The notes below the pieces were generated by a model, which searched no databases, was not told where the DNA came from, and worked only from the letters and a program-made list of their open reading frames with translations. Source: Basidiobolus meristosporus CBS 931.73 (Eukaryota; Fungi; Basidiobolomycota). Taken from it: a stretch of DNA of 33,173 nucleotides. Within the stretch, counting starts at the first letter, position 1; the number at the start of each line of letters is the position of its first letter. The position numbers were made by a program, and so were the translations under genes. The stretch lies in the NCBI GenBank assembly GCA_002104905.1, contig MCFE01000823.1, positions 1 through 33,173 of the forward strand. Direction: 5' to 3'. Positions 9,432 to 20,768 of the stretch are shown piece after piece.

Positions 9432-10892
9432 CTACCGGATCTTCACCAAAGTTGCGTATTTGTTCATCAAAGCGTCGGTTTGCATTGCATGCAATCCTTC
9501 TTTTTCGACCGTACTTATAACAGTCACATCCCCGGTTGATTTATTCTGCAGCAAACAAACGTAACCGGCCGGGAGAACACCTTCGCCTCCTGTTGCTTCA
9601 AAAGGCGTTCCCCAACCGAAATCCATATCTTCGCCGAGCAAATCAAACATACACCAGTTGGTAAATACCACATCAGCGGTCCAGAAAATCCGACCAGGAG
9701 GTTGGGTGTTCTCAGGGGCTTCCATATAACGAATTCTATTCTTAATGGCTTCAGGAGAAAGTTGCTCGTTTAAGGAGGATCTGATGGCCAGAGCTACGCG
9801 AGAGGTTGACTTGGCATCGGAAGACATCAGATCGTCACGAGAAACGGTGGTCATAAATAGTAGATTGAAGTTTCCGAGATAACGCCCACCAGACATGTTT
9901 TTGTTTGGTGCACGCTCTCGCCCATCTGCGGCCATTGCAACCGTCTCTGTTCCCGACTCCACGCTGGACCGTCCAAATCCTTGGGTGCGGGGAATTTTCG
10001 CACTTTCACGAGCACGTGTGATGACACTCCACAAGAGAGCAGTTAATGCATCACCCGTTGATATCCATGCATCGGAAGATTCTGTTAAAGCATCCGTAAG
10101 ATCTTTTTTCAAGTTGGCCAAAGCGCTGGCAGATATTCTCCACTTGAGAACTGCTGCCGGTGTGATGACAGGCATTTCTGTTGACACAGAAGGCATCACT
10201 TGGTAGCCTTTTGGAGCTGCTGGTGGTGAGGTCTCTGCTTTTAATGAGTTGCCGTCTTCAGCGAAAAATCGGCCAGGGGTGTGAGCCCAGTCTTCTGGGA
10301 TGGCTTGAAGATCAATAGACTTTCCACGAGCGATTTTAGACCAGACTTCAAGGAAATCGAGAAAGCCTCGTAGATCGGAGATGTAATGATGCAAGGAGGA
10401 GGCTACAGCCACGGTTCCGCAAGAGAACTATGAGAAGGCTTTTAGTTTGCATGGTTTATAGAATTCGCAACACGTTTTATACGTTACCTGTGTGACTTTT
10501 ACCGCTAGTGCGCTAGATGGTGTGGGTAAAAATACAACCGGTCGAGGAGACAAATCCTCGGCATCGCCGGTGAAGGGTGAATCTCTGCGATCGACCTGGA
10601 ATGCTGCACCTTCAGCATCCAAGGCGACATATAGTTCACCCTTTTCATTCGCACGAACAGTACCGGCAACTGGTGGGTATAGCTCCAGCGCCTCGGCAAG
10701 AGAAGATTTGAGAGTATCGACTACATCTTGCTCCTTTAGATGTTCGGGACGATGGAAGAAACGGTGGTTACTGATGTGAACAGGAGCACTGATGAGGTCC
10801 AGCCCATGCAGAGTGATGGTTGACGCGGAGGGAGAGCGATTATATTTGCTAGTAGGCTTAATAGTACAAGTCTCGACAGTACTTGAGGTCAT
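9432..10892 (-). CDS. BAHD/'Transferase'-family acyl-CoA acyltransferase (Tri101-like fold), 2 exons, ~466 aa
   Basis: Exons 10892-10488 and 10427-9432; 60-nt intron GTAACG...CATAG in phase 0. Motifs LELYPPVAG, HxxxD (HYISD) and DFGWG. TATAAA on the minus strand at 10967-10972. Confidence 0.92.
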
Positions 10893-11651
10893 GGTTCGAG
10901 GGATATTGAGAATGCGAATTTGCGGTGTGTGCAAGCAGTGAGCACGGCATAGGTGAGCATCATCCATTTATACTGCATTCCTAACGGTTTGTTGTCGAGG
11001 TCGGCAATGGTTCATTCTGGGGATTTTGGCGAATTGAGGATCTCATCAATTGATCAAGGCTGCGGACGGATTATTTGGAAAACCTGCGGAAATCACGTCC
11101 CTGGCCAAATACTGATCTGGCTAAAGGCCTCTGTTAATTGGCAGAGCTTGTGCTACGAGCCCTTGTTACGTAGTGGCGTTCACTAATTTGATGCGAGTAT
11201 CCCGATTGTTCTAGCCACACCTGCCCTATATACCAACATTTGTTGAATTGGCCCCAACACAACCTTTATCTGGAATAGTCTTTAACCAAAAAGCGGATCA
11301 CCTAAGGTGAAAAAGGGAGTAAGCTTTATGTAACATCTTGAGGATTGCACTTGGTATTTGCTGCTTAATCTTCATCAATGAGAACCCACTCTCTTTCATG
11401 AGAATATATGTGGATTTACCACGCACAAATCGAGATTACGAGTTGTATAAATGATCGAACTGATGTGGAGCTAGTAGATAGTTTGGAATTCCCTACGAAG
11501 AATACGTTGAAAAAAATCTAGAGACAATAGCCTCGACTGTAAGAATTTTAGCCCATGCCGGATCACTATCTTAGCTAGGCCATCTCTCGAAGTGAGGGTA
11601 TTAACGATACTACCCATCAATGGTTTTGGTAGCAATGTCTTTGCCATCAAC

Positions 11652-11687
11652 GGTTAGGGTTAGGGTTAGGGTTAGGGTTAGGGTTAG
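11652..11687 (+). repeat. Interstitial telomeric repeat (GGTTAG)6
   Basis: Perfect GG(TTAGGG)5TTAG. Confidence 0.95.
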
Positions 11688-11889
11688 ACTAATTACCCTG
11701 AATTGTGACATATTCTACTGAGGGGCTATTACTTGGTTACATTTCGTTTGGTTGGTTAGAGATAGATGATGTGGTATGTGCTTGTTCCAAAGCCTTGTAC
11801 TTCGTAGCTTGTTATGGACACATCAAGGCATTCAACCTTGAAAATGATACACTTTAAGCGTATCGGCGGTTGGAAAAACACAACCTCGG

Positions 11890-11912
11890 ATATATATATA
11901 TATACATATATA
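11890..11912. repeat. (AT)n microsatellite
   Basis: ATATATATATATATACATATATA. Confidence 0.8.
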
Positions 11913-12744
11913 ATCAGAAGCAATACAGGTACTAGGATTGTCTAACAGGCGAGGAAAATGGTGAGCTGGTTGATCATCGAAGCTTTCCATCAGTGCACTA
12001 CTTGGATATGATACTCTGGTAGTATCTACGATACGTGCTACCGTCGGCACCCCTATTTAGCATGCTAGTTTAGGCCATTTCATGTGCGGCAATTCTCGGT
12101 ATTAATCCATCCTCACCAAACCTACAGCAGTATAGGCATTCACTCCTCCCTGGTGGGGCTGGAGGAGTAGAAGTGTGAATTCGGAGTGACCGCCATCCCA
12201 AACCGTTTGGTCTGTATGTTGTTCCGCAACAGAGCAAGTTGGATCTATGGTATCTCAAGCAACACCAAGATAAATTGGATCATTCCTCTAAGTTAACAGT
12301 GGATCGATTATTTCCTAAAACGAATACTGGTTCGGAGATTTTCAGCGCTCTTCGTGAGGCCGACCAATCAGGATCCCTATATCCAGGAATACTCAAATCG
12401 CACGAAGGTTCCGCGTTCACCGAAAATAACAAATCTTTAGAAAATAGAGACAAAGTGACGAGATGTAGATGCCAAGTATTTCATTCGCAGCTGATCGAAC
12501 TTCACTCCTTTAAGAACTCACCCTCGTTAAGCATTGTGCGACACACCTTATACACACGGAATTATTGATTGCAGACATCCAAGGTGCTATCAATATAGAA
12601 GGCGACCGACCCAAATGAGTGGTATGAGCCCAGAAACAGTCATGCTCAAGCGCATCGGTGTATCCAGACACGTTTGAAAAAGGTATTTATCATCTCAGTT
12701 TGGCACGGATAACCTCCATCCGGTCCTCCATAGCCGACTACATC

Positions 12745-13341
12745 ATGCAAGTACTCAACAAGCTTTTATTGATCCCCTTTGTTTTCATGGCACTATTCCA
12801 GACAGCAGCCATGGCCAGAAGAGTGAAGATGACTTACTACTGGGTCGCTAAAGAGAGCGAACATTCGGGATCCAAGAACGTCGCCATCAAAACTTGCTGT
12901 GGTAAGACAATTGCTATGGTTTCAAAATCCTTTGCAAATGCCGCCCGAATGGAAGGCACCGCACGTTTGAGTAGCGGAAAAATGATCAACCTTCGTTGCA
13001 GCTGTGGCGGCGGCTATAGCTGCTTCATGGAGCCCGACTCCAAATGGTATCCTTTTGGTCTAGGCACCAGAAGCAACGCCCTCAGGCCATTTATCAGTAT
13101 CTCGGCCAACGATCTTCCTTACGGTAGCAATGTTACGGTTGACCAGTTGAAGGGGTTAAAAATGGCCAACAGAGTTACTCACAATGGACGTGTCCGTGTG
13201 GATGACAAAGGTTGGAGCTTCGGCAGTAACCATATTGATCTGCTGGTTGGTGAAAAGAGGTATTACGAGTATATCTCCCGCAACTTCGGAACTCAACTCA
13301 AATACGTCGACATATGGATCTCCTGCAAGTTGCAACGATAA
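12745..13341 (+). CDS. Secreted 3D-domain (MltA-like double-psi beta-barrel) protein, 198 aa, intronless
   Basis: Hydrophobic signal peptide MQVLNKLLLIPFVFMALFQTAAMA. N-terminal TYYW motif. Three Asp motifs SANDL, VDDKGW and HIDL, spaced as in 3D domains. The family was recognised from motifs, not from a search. Confidence 0.72.
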   Translation: MQVLNKLLLIPFVFMALFQTAAMARRVKMTYYWVAKESEHSGSKNVAIKTCCGKTIAMVSKSFANAARMEGTARLSSGKMINLRCSCGGGYSCFMEPDSKWYPFGLGTRSNALRPFISISANDLPYGSNVTVDQLKGLKMANRVTHNGRVRVDDKGWSFGSNHIDLLVGEKRYYEYISRNFGTQLKYVDIWISCKLQR

Positions 13342-14614
13342 GACTGTACTACACTGGATATCATCTGGCCAGGAAACAGAGCAAATAAATGTCTTGTGAG
13401 CCCATCCTATCTTCATTCAAAGATTTCACCATAATTTCTTTATTCCAATTTGCTATATTTTATGCGATGATTGAATACGCTGACGATCAAATTGGAGTTA
13501 ACTGATTTTCACTACAAGTCATGTCATTCAATTAATCGAACCCCGGAATAGAACAAGCAACTTGGCCGTAACTCTGTTTGGAAGGTGGAGGAGTGTATCG
13601 TGGAGTAATTTGGGGATTACGTTCTTTTCAACCAATCCACGATTTGCAGCGGTGATAAAGGTCACTTCGTGTAATGGCCTCATGGTTTTGACATGCTTAA
13701 TGGAGATCGGGATTATATGGCATTGAGTATTGTTTTTCGTATAAAGCAAGATACTAGGTGGTGAATGAAAGGCATATAAATTGCCTATACTTGTCATTTT
13801 GCAAAACCTACCCGTCAGCTGATGCGGTATTTCATGTGCGTATTGAAAATCAGTATATATTTATGCCCTACGAATTCCAATTATCCAGGCTGGCATCATT
13901 ATTGAATGTTGAAGGCCAGTTTCTGGTGGCAGCCGTAATAGCCACACTTTGCGCAGTGAACTATTTGCTATTTGGCCATCAACCTTTCGGATGCAATAGT
14001 CGACTCCACCATTAACGAGAGAAACTCAGGGACTTTCTGTGAAAAGCACAAGAGAATAATGGCATTTGTTCTCTACTAGAAATCATCCATTCATCAGGGT
14101 TAGCTTCTGTATTCCATTTGCCATTTTGGATCCCTGGATAATTATTCGAACAACGGATAGTGCAAGATGATACGGATCTATGGTGATAGCACTAATATAG
14201 TATAGCTGCGAACACCAGCCACACATCGTGACAGCTCAATTGTCAATAAGCAGTGTTTACATTATACAATAGTCTTATGCCTTACAATTCAAATGTCAGT
14301 TATTGACAACTAGTTTGACTATCCCTAATGCAAACGCTTCCTTGTAATGCTAAAATGACATCCCGTTAGAAGCTTCGAGAACATAGCTTATAGGTCAATC
14401 GATGCTAATTATTACCATGTAATTGCACTAAAAAGTCTGTTTTCGCTTCATCTTAATGGAGAACAGATATCTTTGTACGAATGTGGAAGATTTGCAATGG
14501 CAAATGGTTTGTGCGCGACAAGCTCATTGCCATTTTGGCTGCGATACGCTCCGATAGCCCTTTCTACGCATTACCATTAAGGGTCTCCAGTAACGACATC
14601 TCACCTTCAACAGA

Positions 14615-14621
14615 TATATAA
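14615..14621 (+). promoter_or_regulatory. TATA box of the small secreted protein gene
   Basis: TATATAA ~55 nt upstream of ATG 14674 and too close to ATG 14629, which favours 14674 as the start. Confidence 0.55.
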
Positions 14622-14673
14622 GCACGACATGCGACCATTCGCCACTAACCTCAATTTGCTCCGGCCCACTGCG

Positions 14674-15159
14674 ATGCAATCCCGACTTTCCTGCGCCGCT
14701 GTACTTGCTCTATTGGCCTTGCTTACCCCGCCATCCATGGCTCAAGTAGGGGTGTCTTCCACCATCAACTACGGCCTCTACTGTTATGTCGGCAGCTACT
14801 GCGAGTACATCATGACCGGTACCGTGAACCTCTGCCAAGATGTGAGCAATAACGAGTGCATCTCATTCAACTTTGTGGAGACAAGCCCCAGCACTCCAAA
14901 GTTCATCCTCAATGGACCCATCTACCTGGCCCAGAACTCCACCACCTATGATAACATGGTCGATGTCCAGATCGGCTGGGATCAGACCAGAGTTGACCTC
15001 TACTGCAACAAGGCCTGCTCTACAGGGGCCTGCGATTTGATGTGCACCTACACTTGTGGCGGAAGTGCATCCAATGTAGGCATTCCCAAGTCGGTATCTG
15101 GCACATTCATGACCAAGGAGGAGATCCTCAACGGGATAGTATTCAACTTCGAAGATTAG
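14674..15159 (+). CDS. Small secreted cysteine-rich protein of unknown family, 161 aa, intronless
   Basis: Signal peptide MQSRLSCAAVLALLALLTPPSMA-Q; 9 Cys in the mature part; C-ending codon bias; upstream TATA. Confidence 0.82.
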   Translation: MQSRLSCAAVLALLALLTPPSMAQVGVSSTINYGLYCYVGSYCEYIMTGTVNLCQDVSNNECISFNFVETSPSTPKFILNGPIYLAQNSTTYDNMVDVQIGWDQTRVDLYCNKACSTGACDLMCTYTCGGSASNVGIPKSVSGTFMTKEEILNGIVFNFED

Positions 15160-16030
15160 TCCAGCATATCTTCGGAAGACATAAATCAGCATTAAACAAC
15201 ATTCGTAACCCAATGTGTATCTATTTTAAGTGAATTCTTGATTCTTTTGGATCAGCTGAAAATTTTCCCTGGCATCGTTTTACCAGGATTCGCCCTATAC
15301 AGCCATCTGGATAGAGAATGGTTTGCGTAGTACACTTTGATTATATCTAAATGGAACGACTCTATCGGGAAACTTTGACATAGATGCTTACCACAACTCG
15401 ATGTGTACACTCCGTTGCCCAAATGGACCCGCTATCAATACATCTGAAAGTAGGTCAACTTGGGGATGCCAATGAATACCCTAATGATTGTGTATAGTAT
15501 TCTAATATAGGTTTTTCGTCACTGAATGATCGCAATAGATACTGATCTTTCAGTTGGACCTCCTATCTTCGCCAACCAGTTAATACCTACCAGTGGAGTA
15601 TGTTTCGAGCCAGGTGTTTCTCATCCCACTACGATTATTTCCGAACTTGGTATCCCATTGTAAGAAACATGGAGTGGTGGTGTGTGATCGTGTAAGATAC
15701 CTGCTTGCTGTTGGATTTATCTCTGCATGTGATCGAAGCAACTTATGAAATACCCGACGTTCCACAGGTGGATTCAGTTTTAATTCGTGCGATGTTCCAA
15801 GGTTACCCAGGATGCCAGAGTAGTGAAAATACCAGATATGGTTACTACAACTTATGTAATACACCAAGTGAGATCGATTCCCGTACATCAGAGATTAGGT
15901 TAAAAACCATTTATTCCTGAATCAAATATCAACGTAGCGTAGAGAAAATATAATTAGGTAGTTAATATCATAAATAGTCCTTGGTATGAGGCCCACAGTG
16001 AGCCATTAGAAGAGCATGCGGGCGGCGAAA

Positions 16031-17246
16031 TTATACCCCGGGTGCTGTTGCGTTAAACTGCTTGTAGGTATCTTTGAGCAGAAAGTCTTTGCCTTTGAGC
16101 ATGGTTACCAGTGTGCGACCGATGACGCCAATGCCAGGCATCTGAGCTGCACCATCATGTGCCCCAAGCGTAATCATTGCGGCTTTGATGATCTTGAATT
16201 CATTCAACTTCACTATGGCAGGGCTAGTGGGCGTATACTTCGCTTGAATAAGCTTTATGATGTTCTTCGCTGCCACAGAGCCCTGAAGCCGGGCGGCAAA
16301 TGCGAGTTTGTGGCCTTCGTCATTACAATCTCCAACCGCAAAGATGTGATCATGCGTCTGCAATTGCATTGTTGGGCGAACGCGGATTTCTTGAGTGATT
16401 GGATTGAGAACACCATCACCCAATGTGCTAGCAAATGAAGTGTTGAGGCTAGTATGACCGATGCAGGCAAACTGGTGTGTCAAAAGTTAACCCAATGCTG
16501 AGATCTGCCTACTTGGTGGAGCCACTTACCATCAAATCAGCCTCGATCTTCTCGCCACTAGAAAGGTCCCATCCCCGAGTTTCCGCAACATACCCCACCT
16601 CCCGTTCTTCAGCAGTTAGATTGACCCGCTGGTTATCCACCAACTTTACTCCGCGTTTGGTCATCTTTTCTACCAGTTTACGGCGCAGTTTGTCCGACAC
16701 ATCTGGCATGCCGGTTAAGATTCCATTGGCTACCAAGGTCACCTCTTTGTTCGGCAAATCAGTCAATTCTCCGACCAACTCGATACCAACTGAGCCTCCG
16801 CCTACGACGAGAATACGCCGCGCTTTTTCAACAGCCTCAAGAGCAGTGGTCAACTTTTTCAGGACATCCTGGTACATGTCGCCAGAGGGCTTCCCTGGCG
16901 TACCGTACTGGCTACCGGTGGCCAAAACCAGATAATCGAAGGCGATCTCACGCCCGTCGTCCAACGACACTCGATCAACAAATGTTTTCACCACCCGTGC
17001 GCGCTCGTGAACAACGGTGCCGGATGTGAAGATGGGGGCGTTTTTCAAAGGGATGAAGCACTTCTGGGCAAACCCCTTCTGGGTCACCGCGCGGACGAAT
17101 CCCAGGTTGTGGTGAAAGTGCTCGTGGGGCTCCACCAAGGTCACCTGGAGCTGAAGCTTCTTGCTGGCCTTGGCCAGTGTCTGGACCACCTCGAGACCAG
17201 CAAACGCCCCTCCCACCACCACGATCCGTGTTTCTGTGAATACCAT
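16031..17246 (-). CDS. FAD/NAD(P)H-dependent oxidoreductase of the AIF-like (AMID/AIFM2/FSP1) type, 2 exons, ~385 aa
   Basis: Exons 17246-16530 and 16471-16031; 58-nt intron GTAAGT...CACCAG. Motifs IVVVGGAFAG, FDYLVLATGS, ILVVGGGSVGIE and IFAVGDC. Confidence 0.92.
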
Positions 17247-17681
17247 AATGAGTAAGTGCGAAAGAGTATTCCCCCGATGTTAACCAGTATATGCTCAGCT
17301 CCGATTTGACCCCATTCCCGCTATGGATCCCCCGCTTTTAAGTGTTCTCAATCGCCCTCCGCACCAAGCGCCGGCGTTTCTTGGGCAGATCCTCCGTTTT
17401 CCCGGGGATTCTTACAAATCAGTGGAGACATTAGTAATGTTTCCCTCCCTAGAGGAGTTTATCCGGGGTCATGGTAGCGGCCCATCTGCGACCGACCGAA
17501 ACCTACGGCCGGAACCGAAATCTATGGACCGTTGCTTCTCGATCGCGCCATCGTTTGCTGTTCCGCTCATTTCACTTGGCTTCAATCAGGCAAGTGGCCT
17601 GTGGGGTAAGATTAGTCTGGTGACTGGCGCTTTCGGCTCTGCTCTCGGCTAATTGCTAGTAAATCGCAGTGGAGCCTATTA

Positions 17682-17690
17682 GTCACGTGA
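17682..17690. promoter_or_regulatory. GTCACGTGA E-box (Cbf1/bHLH-ZIP type) upstream of the oxidoreductase
   Basis: Exact motif ~435 nt upstream of ATG 17246. Function is inferred. Confidence 0.35.
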
Positions 17691-17847
17691 TCCTAGTCCT
17701 ACCCGGGCGTTTGAAACAAGTCCGGTACCGGCCGTGCAAAAATCGGGGCAGAAATTCCACTGGAGTTACCCGCGGTGTCAACCATTCAATCAAGCTTACA
17801 AAACTCCACTAGTGAAGGACTTTACTCCAGATCAGTAAGTACAGAGG

Positions 17848-18160
17848 TGCTGTAAAACCCATGTTGACATCCGGACACTCATGTTAACTTGGTCTCTGAG
17901 TTGTATAATTTCCTGACCAAATTCTCTAGCAGCATTTACTTGAAATTTGTTTGCCAGAATGTCAGGTACCCAAAATGCAATAGCCCTCAAGGCCGCAACA
18001 AATCCTGAACTATGCGCGCATGTTTTTGGGACCCCTAAACTCACTTCACAAGTATTAATAGTGTAAATGTCACCTTTGCATTCAGCATATTATTTAGTTG
18101 CGTACATAATATCAATTGACTCTCCCAATCACTCTCAATTACCCCAAAACCTTCATAACA
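17848..18160 (+). mobile_element. Diverged solo LTR related to the copia LTR
   Basis: Begins TGCTGTAAAA and ends CATAACA. Internal blocks CTGACCAAATT, CAGGTACCCA and CATGTT.TTGGGACC are colinear with the copia LTR. No clean TSD. Confidence 0.65.
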
Positions 18161-18615
18161 GATGGCTGTTGCTCCTTGAAGTTTCAATACTGTTATTAAC
18201 AAGGTTTCACCCATTACCAAGTGGTTGAATAGATTCTGCAGCAAAGCCTAGGAACTGAAAATAATTGCAGTGACTGCATTTGCAGTCCCTATGTGAAATT
18301 ATTGCAATGATCCTGTCAAAAGGCCATCCCAGATTCTAAGTCCTGTGACTAAGAGGTATTGATTCCATCAGGACACCATGCAAAGACCATGAAAAAATAA
18401 TTGCACCCCAGATTTCACAAAAAACTTGGTCAAAATTTTCATTTCAACAATACAGAAGTGGCCTTTGATTGGTTCTCTGCCAATTTTCTCACCTTCTGAC
18501 CCTGGAAAGTCTATCACTTCCTACATTTGTGAGCATTGCTTGGCTATTGCCTCTTTTCACAGTCCTTACTACCTGACTTAATCATTTCTCTTATTTTTCA
18601 TGCATACAAATTGAT

Positions 18616-20681
18616 TTATTTCCATTCAAACTTCAGTTGTACCTCAATTGCCATTTGTATTGACCTATACAAGTCCCTATACCCTACACTAACATTAAGC
18701 CCAACCCCACACTCACCAAGTAACTCCATTAAAGTCCAACACTCAATAAGTATTTCTGCTGTAATTCTCTGTTCCCATGACTTTGGCAGGAACCCTACAG
18801 CATTATGCCATTGTTCATTCACAGGTTCCCATATGTCCTGGTCTTCAGCCAGCACTGCAAGGTCTAGCTCCTCATCTACCAGTCTTTGCAATAAGTCCTT
18901 GCAATATTCAAGTGCATTTTCTTTAGCACTGCTCTTGAAGAAGTGCTGCTACCTCTTGGTGTGCCTATTGATGTTCCAAAACTCCACCCAAGGCATTGTG
19001 ATAACCTCTCAAGTTCTTGAAGTTGCTACTTTGTCTGTCAGTAGGATCTCCACTCTGTCAACAATAGAGGAAGTGGAGGCTGTGGTAGACAAATAGTCTT
19101 TCTCTGCAAACTCATCTACTTCACTGGAATGTAGCTCAACAGGCTGCACTTCCAACTCTTGTGACAACAGCTGTTTTCTTGTTGGTAATTCCTCTTGGCT
19201 ATGATGGGATTCAGTTTGTTCTGGGCTTACAGCATCCATTGGCAAGAACTGCAGCTTTTTTCTTTTGCTTCCCTGTCTCTGGCTTGGGTAGACCTTTTCC
19301 TCTTTATCTTTTTCTTTATCACTGCCAGGTCTTTCACTGCTACTTTGTCTGAGTGCTTCTTGTACTGAACTACATTCTCTCCTTGGTAAATGCTGCTCTG
19401 ATGCTTCTGTTTTGGCCTGCTTGTCCCTTGCTGGTACTCTGAGGGCAACCTGACACTTCTTTCCTGCTTGTTTCAAGCTCCCAGCCCATACTGTGATGGG
19501 CTCCTGAGGTAGCTGCTTGTACTTATCACTGCCAGGTCCTTCACTACTACTTTGATTGAGTACTTGTGGCATAGTACTGCACTTTTTCCTTGGTAAATGT
19601 TGTGCTGTTGCATCTGTGTCTGCCTACTTTTCCCTTATTGGCACTCTTCCAGCTACCTGATGCCTCTTTGATGCTTGTTTGAAGCTTTTTGCCCTGCTTG
19701 TAATGGGCTCTTGAGGAGCTGCTGGTTTTTAGCCATTGCACACTTGTTCTTCTGCCTTTGATGGTTTCTGCTATTCTAAAGATACTTTCTTAGCATACCA
19801 ATGCTGGCTCAAAATTTGTTTGCCTGTTTGAATTCAGGATAAAGCTTATGGAGCAAGTCAAGTGCATTCTGCTTGGCCTTGAGTTCCTGATGGTCCCATG
19901 GTATGCAGGCCTTGAGGTGCTGGCATGCTAGACTTCTAATAGCCTATTGAATATTAGCCCACTCTTCATTATTGCACTCAATGGCTTCATAGAACTTCAA
20001 TGTCTTTTGATTTTTAGGCTTTGGTATAAACACTACATTTTCTCCCTCCCATGCTGTGTTAGGCACTTCTGTGGGCTTTATCCTTGGGCACTGTTGTTGT
20101 GCTTCAAGACTGTATGATGTTCCTATATTTGTACATTGGGAAATGGCTCAATTCTTGGCTGTGACATTGAGCTACTTGAGTTCCTTCTTTGCAGCAGAGA
20201 TACTGCTTTCTCTACATGGGATATTGATTCCTATATACCATTTATCTGCTCATCCTGTTTCTGGACTATTTCCTGATTTCTCTGGGCCATTGCATCTATC
20301 CTATCACCACTGCACCTAATTGCCTCATCAATGCTTTGATATGAGCTGACAACATAATTGCTAATATGGGTGGTGGTGATGTTATGACAGCTACTTGCTG
20401 GTCTTTGACTGAATGTACTGCTTTTGCTACATTCTCATCTGCCTCAGTAATATGGTCAGCCTGCAGCTCAGCAGAGATTCCCAATTGCCTATTTGACAGA
20501 GAGCTGGAGGATTCCACATTATGCCCTTCAGTGGGCACACTGTCCACAGGGCCTTTTTTGGTTGTAGCCCTGCTTGTTGTACTGAATGTCAATGCAAGCT
20601 GTTGTCCACCTGCTCTTCTGCTGCTGCCAGTGGTGGGTTTGGTAGGGAACCAGATAGCTTTGCTTTATTTTTTGGCAGCAT
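18616..20681 (-). pseudogene. Accessory ORF of CACTA copy A (~690 codons, disrupted)
   Basis: Starts ATG CTG CCA at 20681 and ends ...QLKFEWK* at 18616. Fragments match track ORFs 20296..20592, 19009..19572 and 18616..18891, and align with copy B. Confidence 0.7.
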
Positions 20682-20768
20682 ATATATGGAGGTAAGTCAA
20701 ACCAAAGGGGAAACGGTGTTGCAAATACATGTGTATGCGGTGCCACAGCTTTATTTATAATGCTTACT

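Noticed and set aside
9895-10779. Plus-strand ORFs overlapping the acyltransferase, and likewise 14863..15213, 16016..16438 and 16477..16935
   Set aside because: These are antisense shadows of well-supported genes with biased codon usage.
11290-12600. Possible decayed gene relics (short ORFs 12070..12258 and 12239..12568), and similarly 15300-15920
   Set aside because: The DNA is CpG-normal and somewhat coding-like, but I could not recognise a motif or build a consistent exon structure. A translated homology search is needed.
12658-12744. Longer N-terminus for the 3D-domain protein
   Set aside because: It starts at GTG and would bury the signal peptide. ATG 12745 gives a clean secretion signal.
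17323-17652. 109-aa plus-strand ORF upstream of the oxidoreductase
   Set aside because: It has no motif and lies in the expected promoter region; probably a chance ORF in GC-richer DNA.
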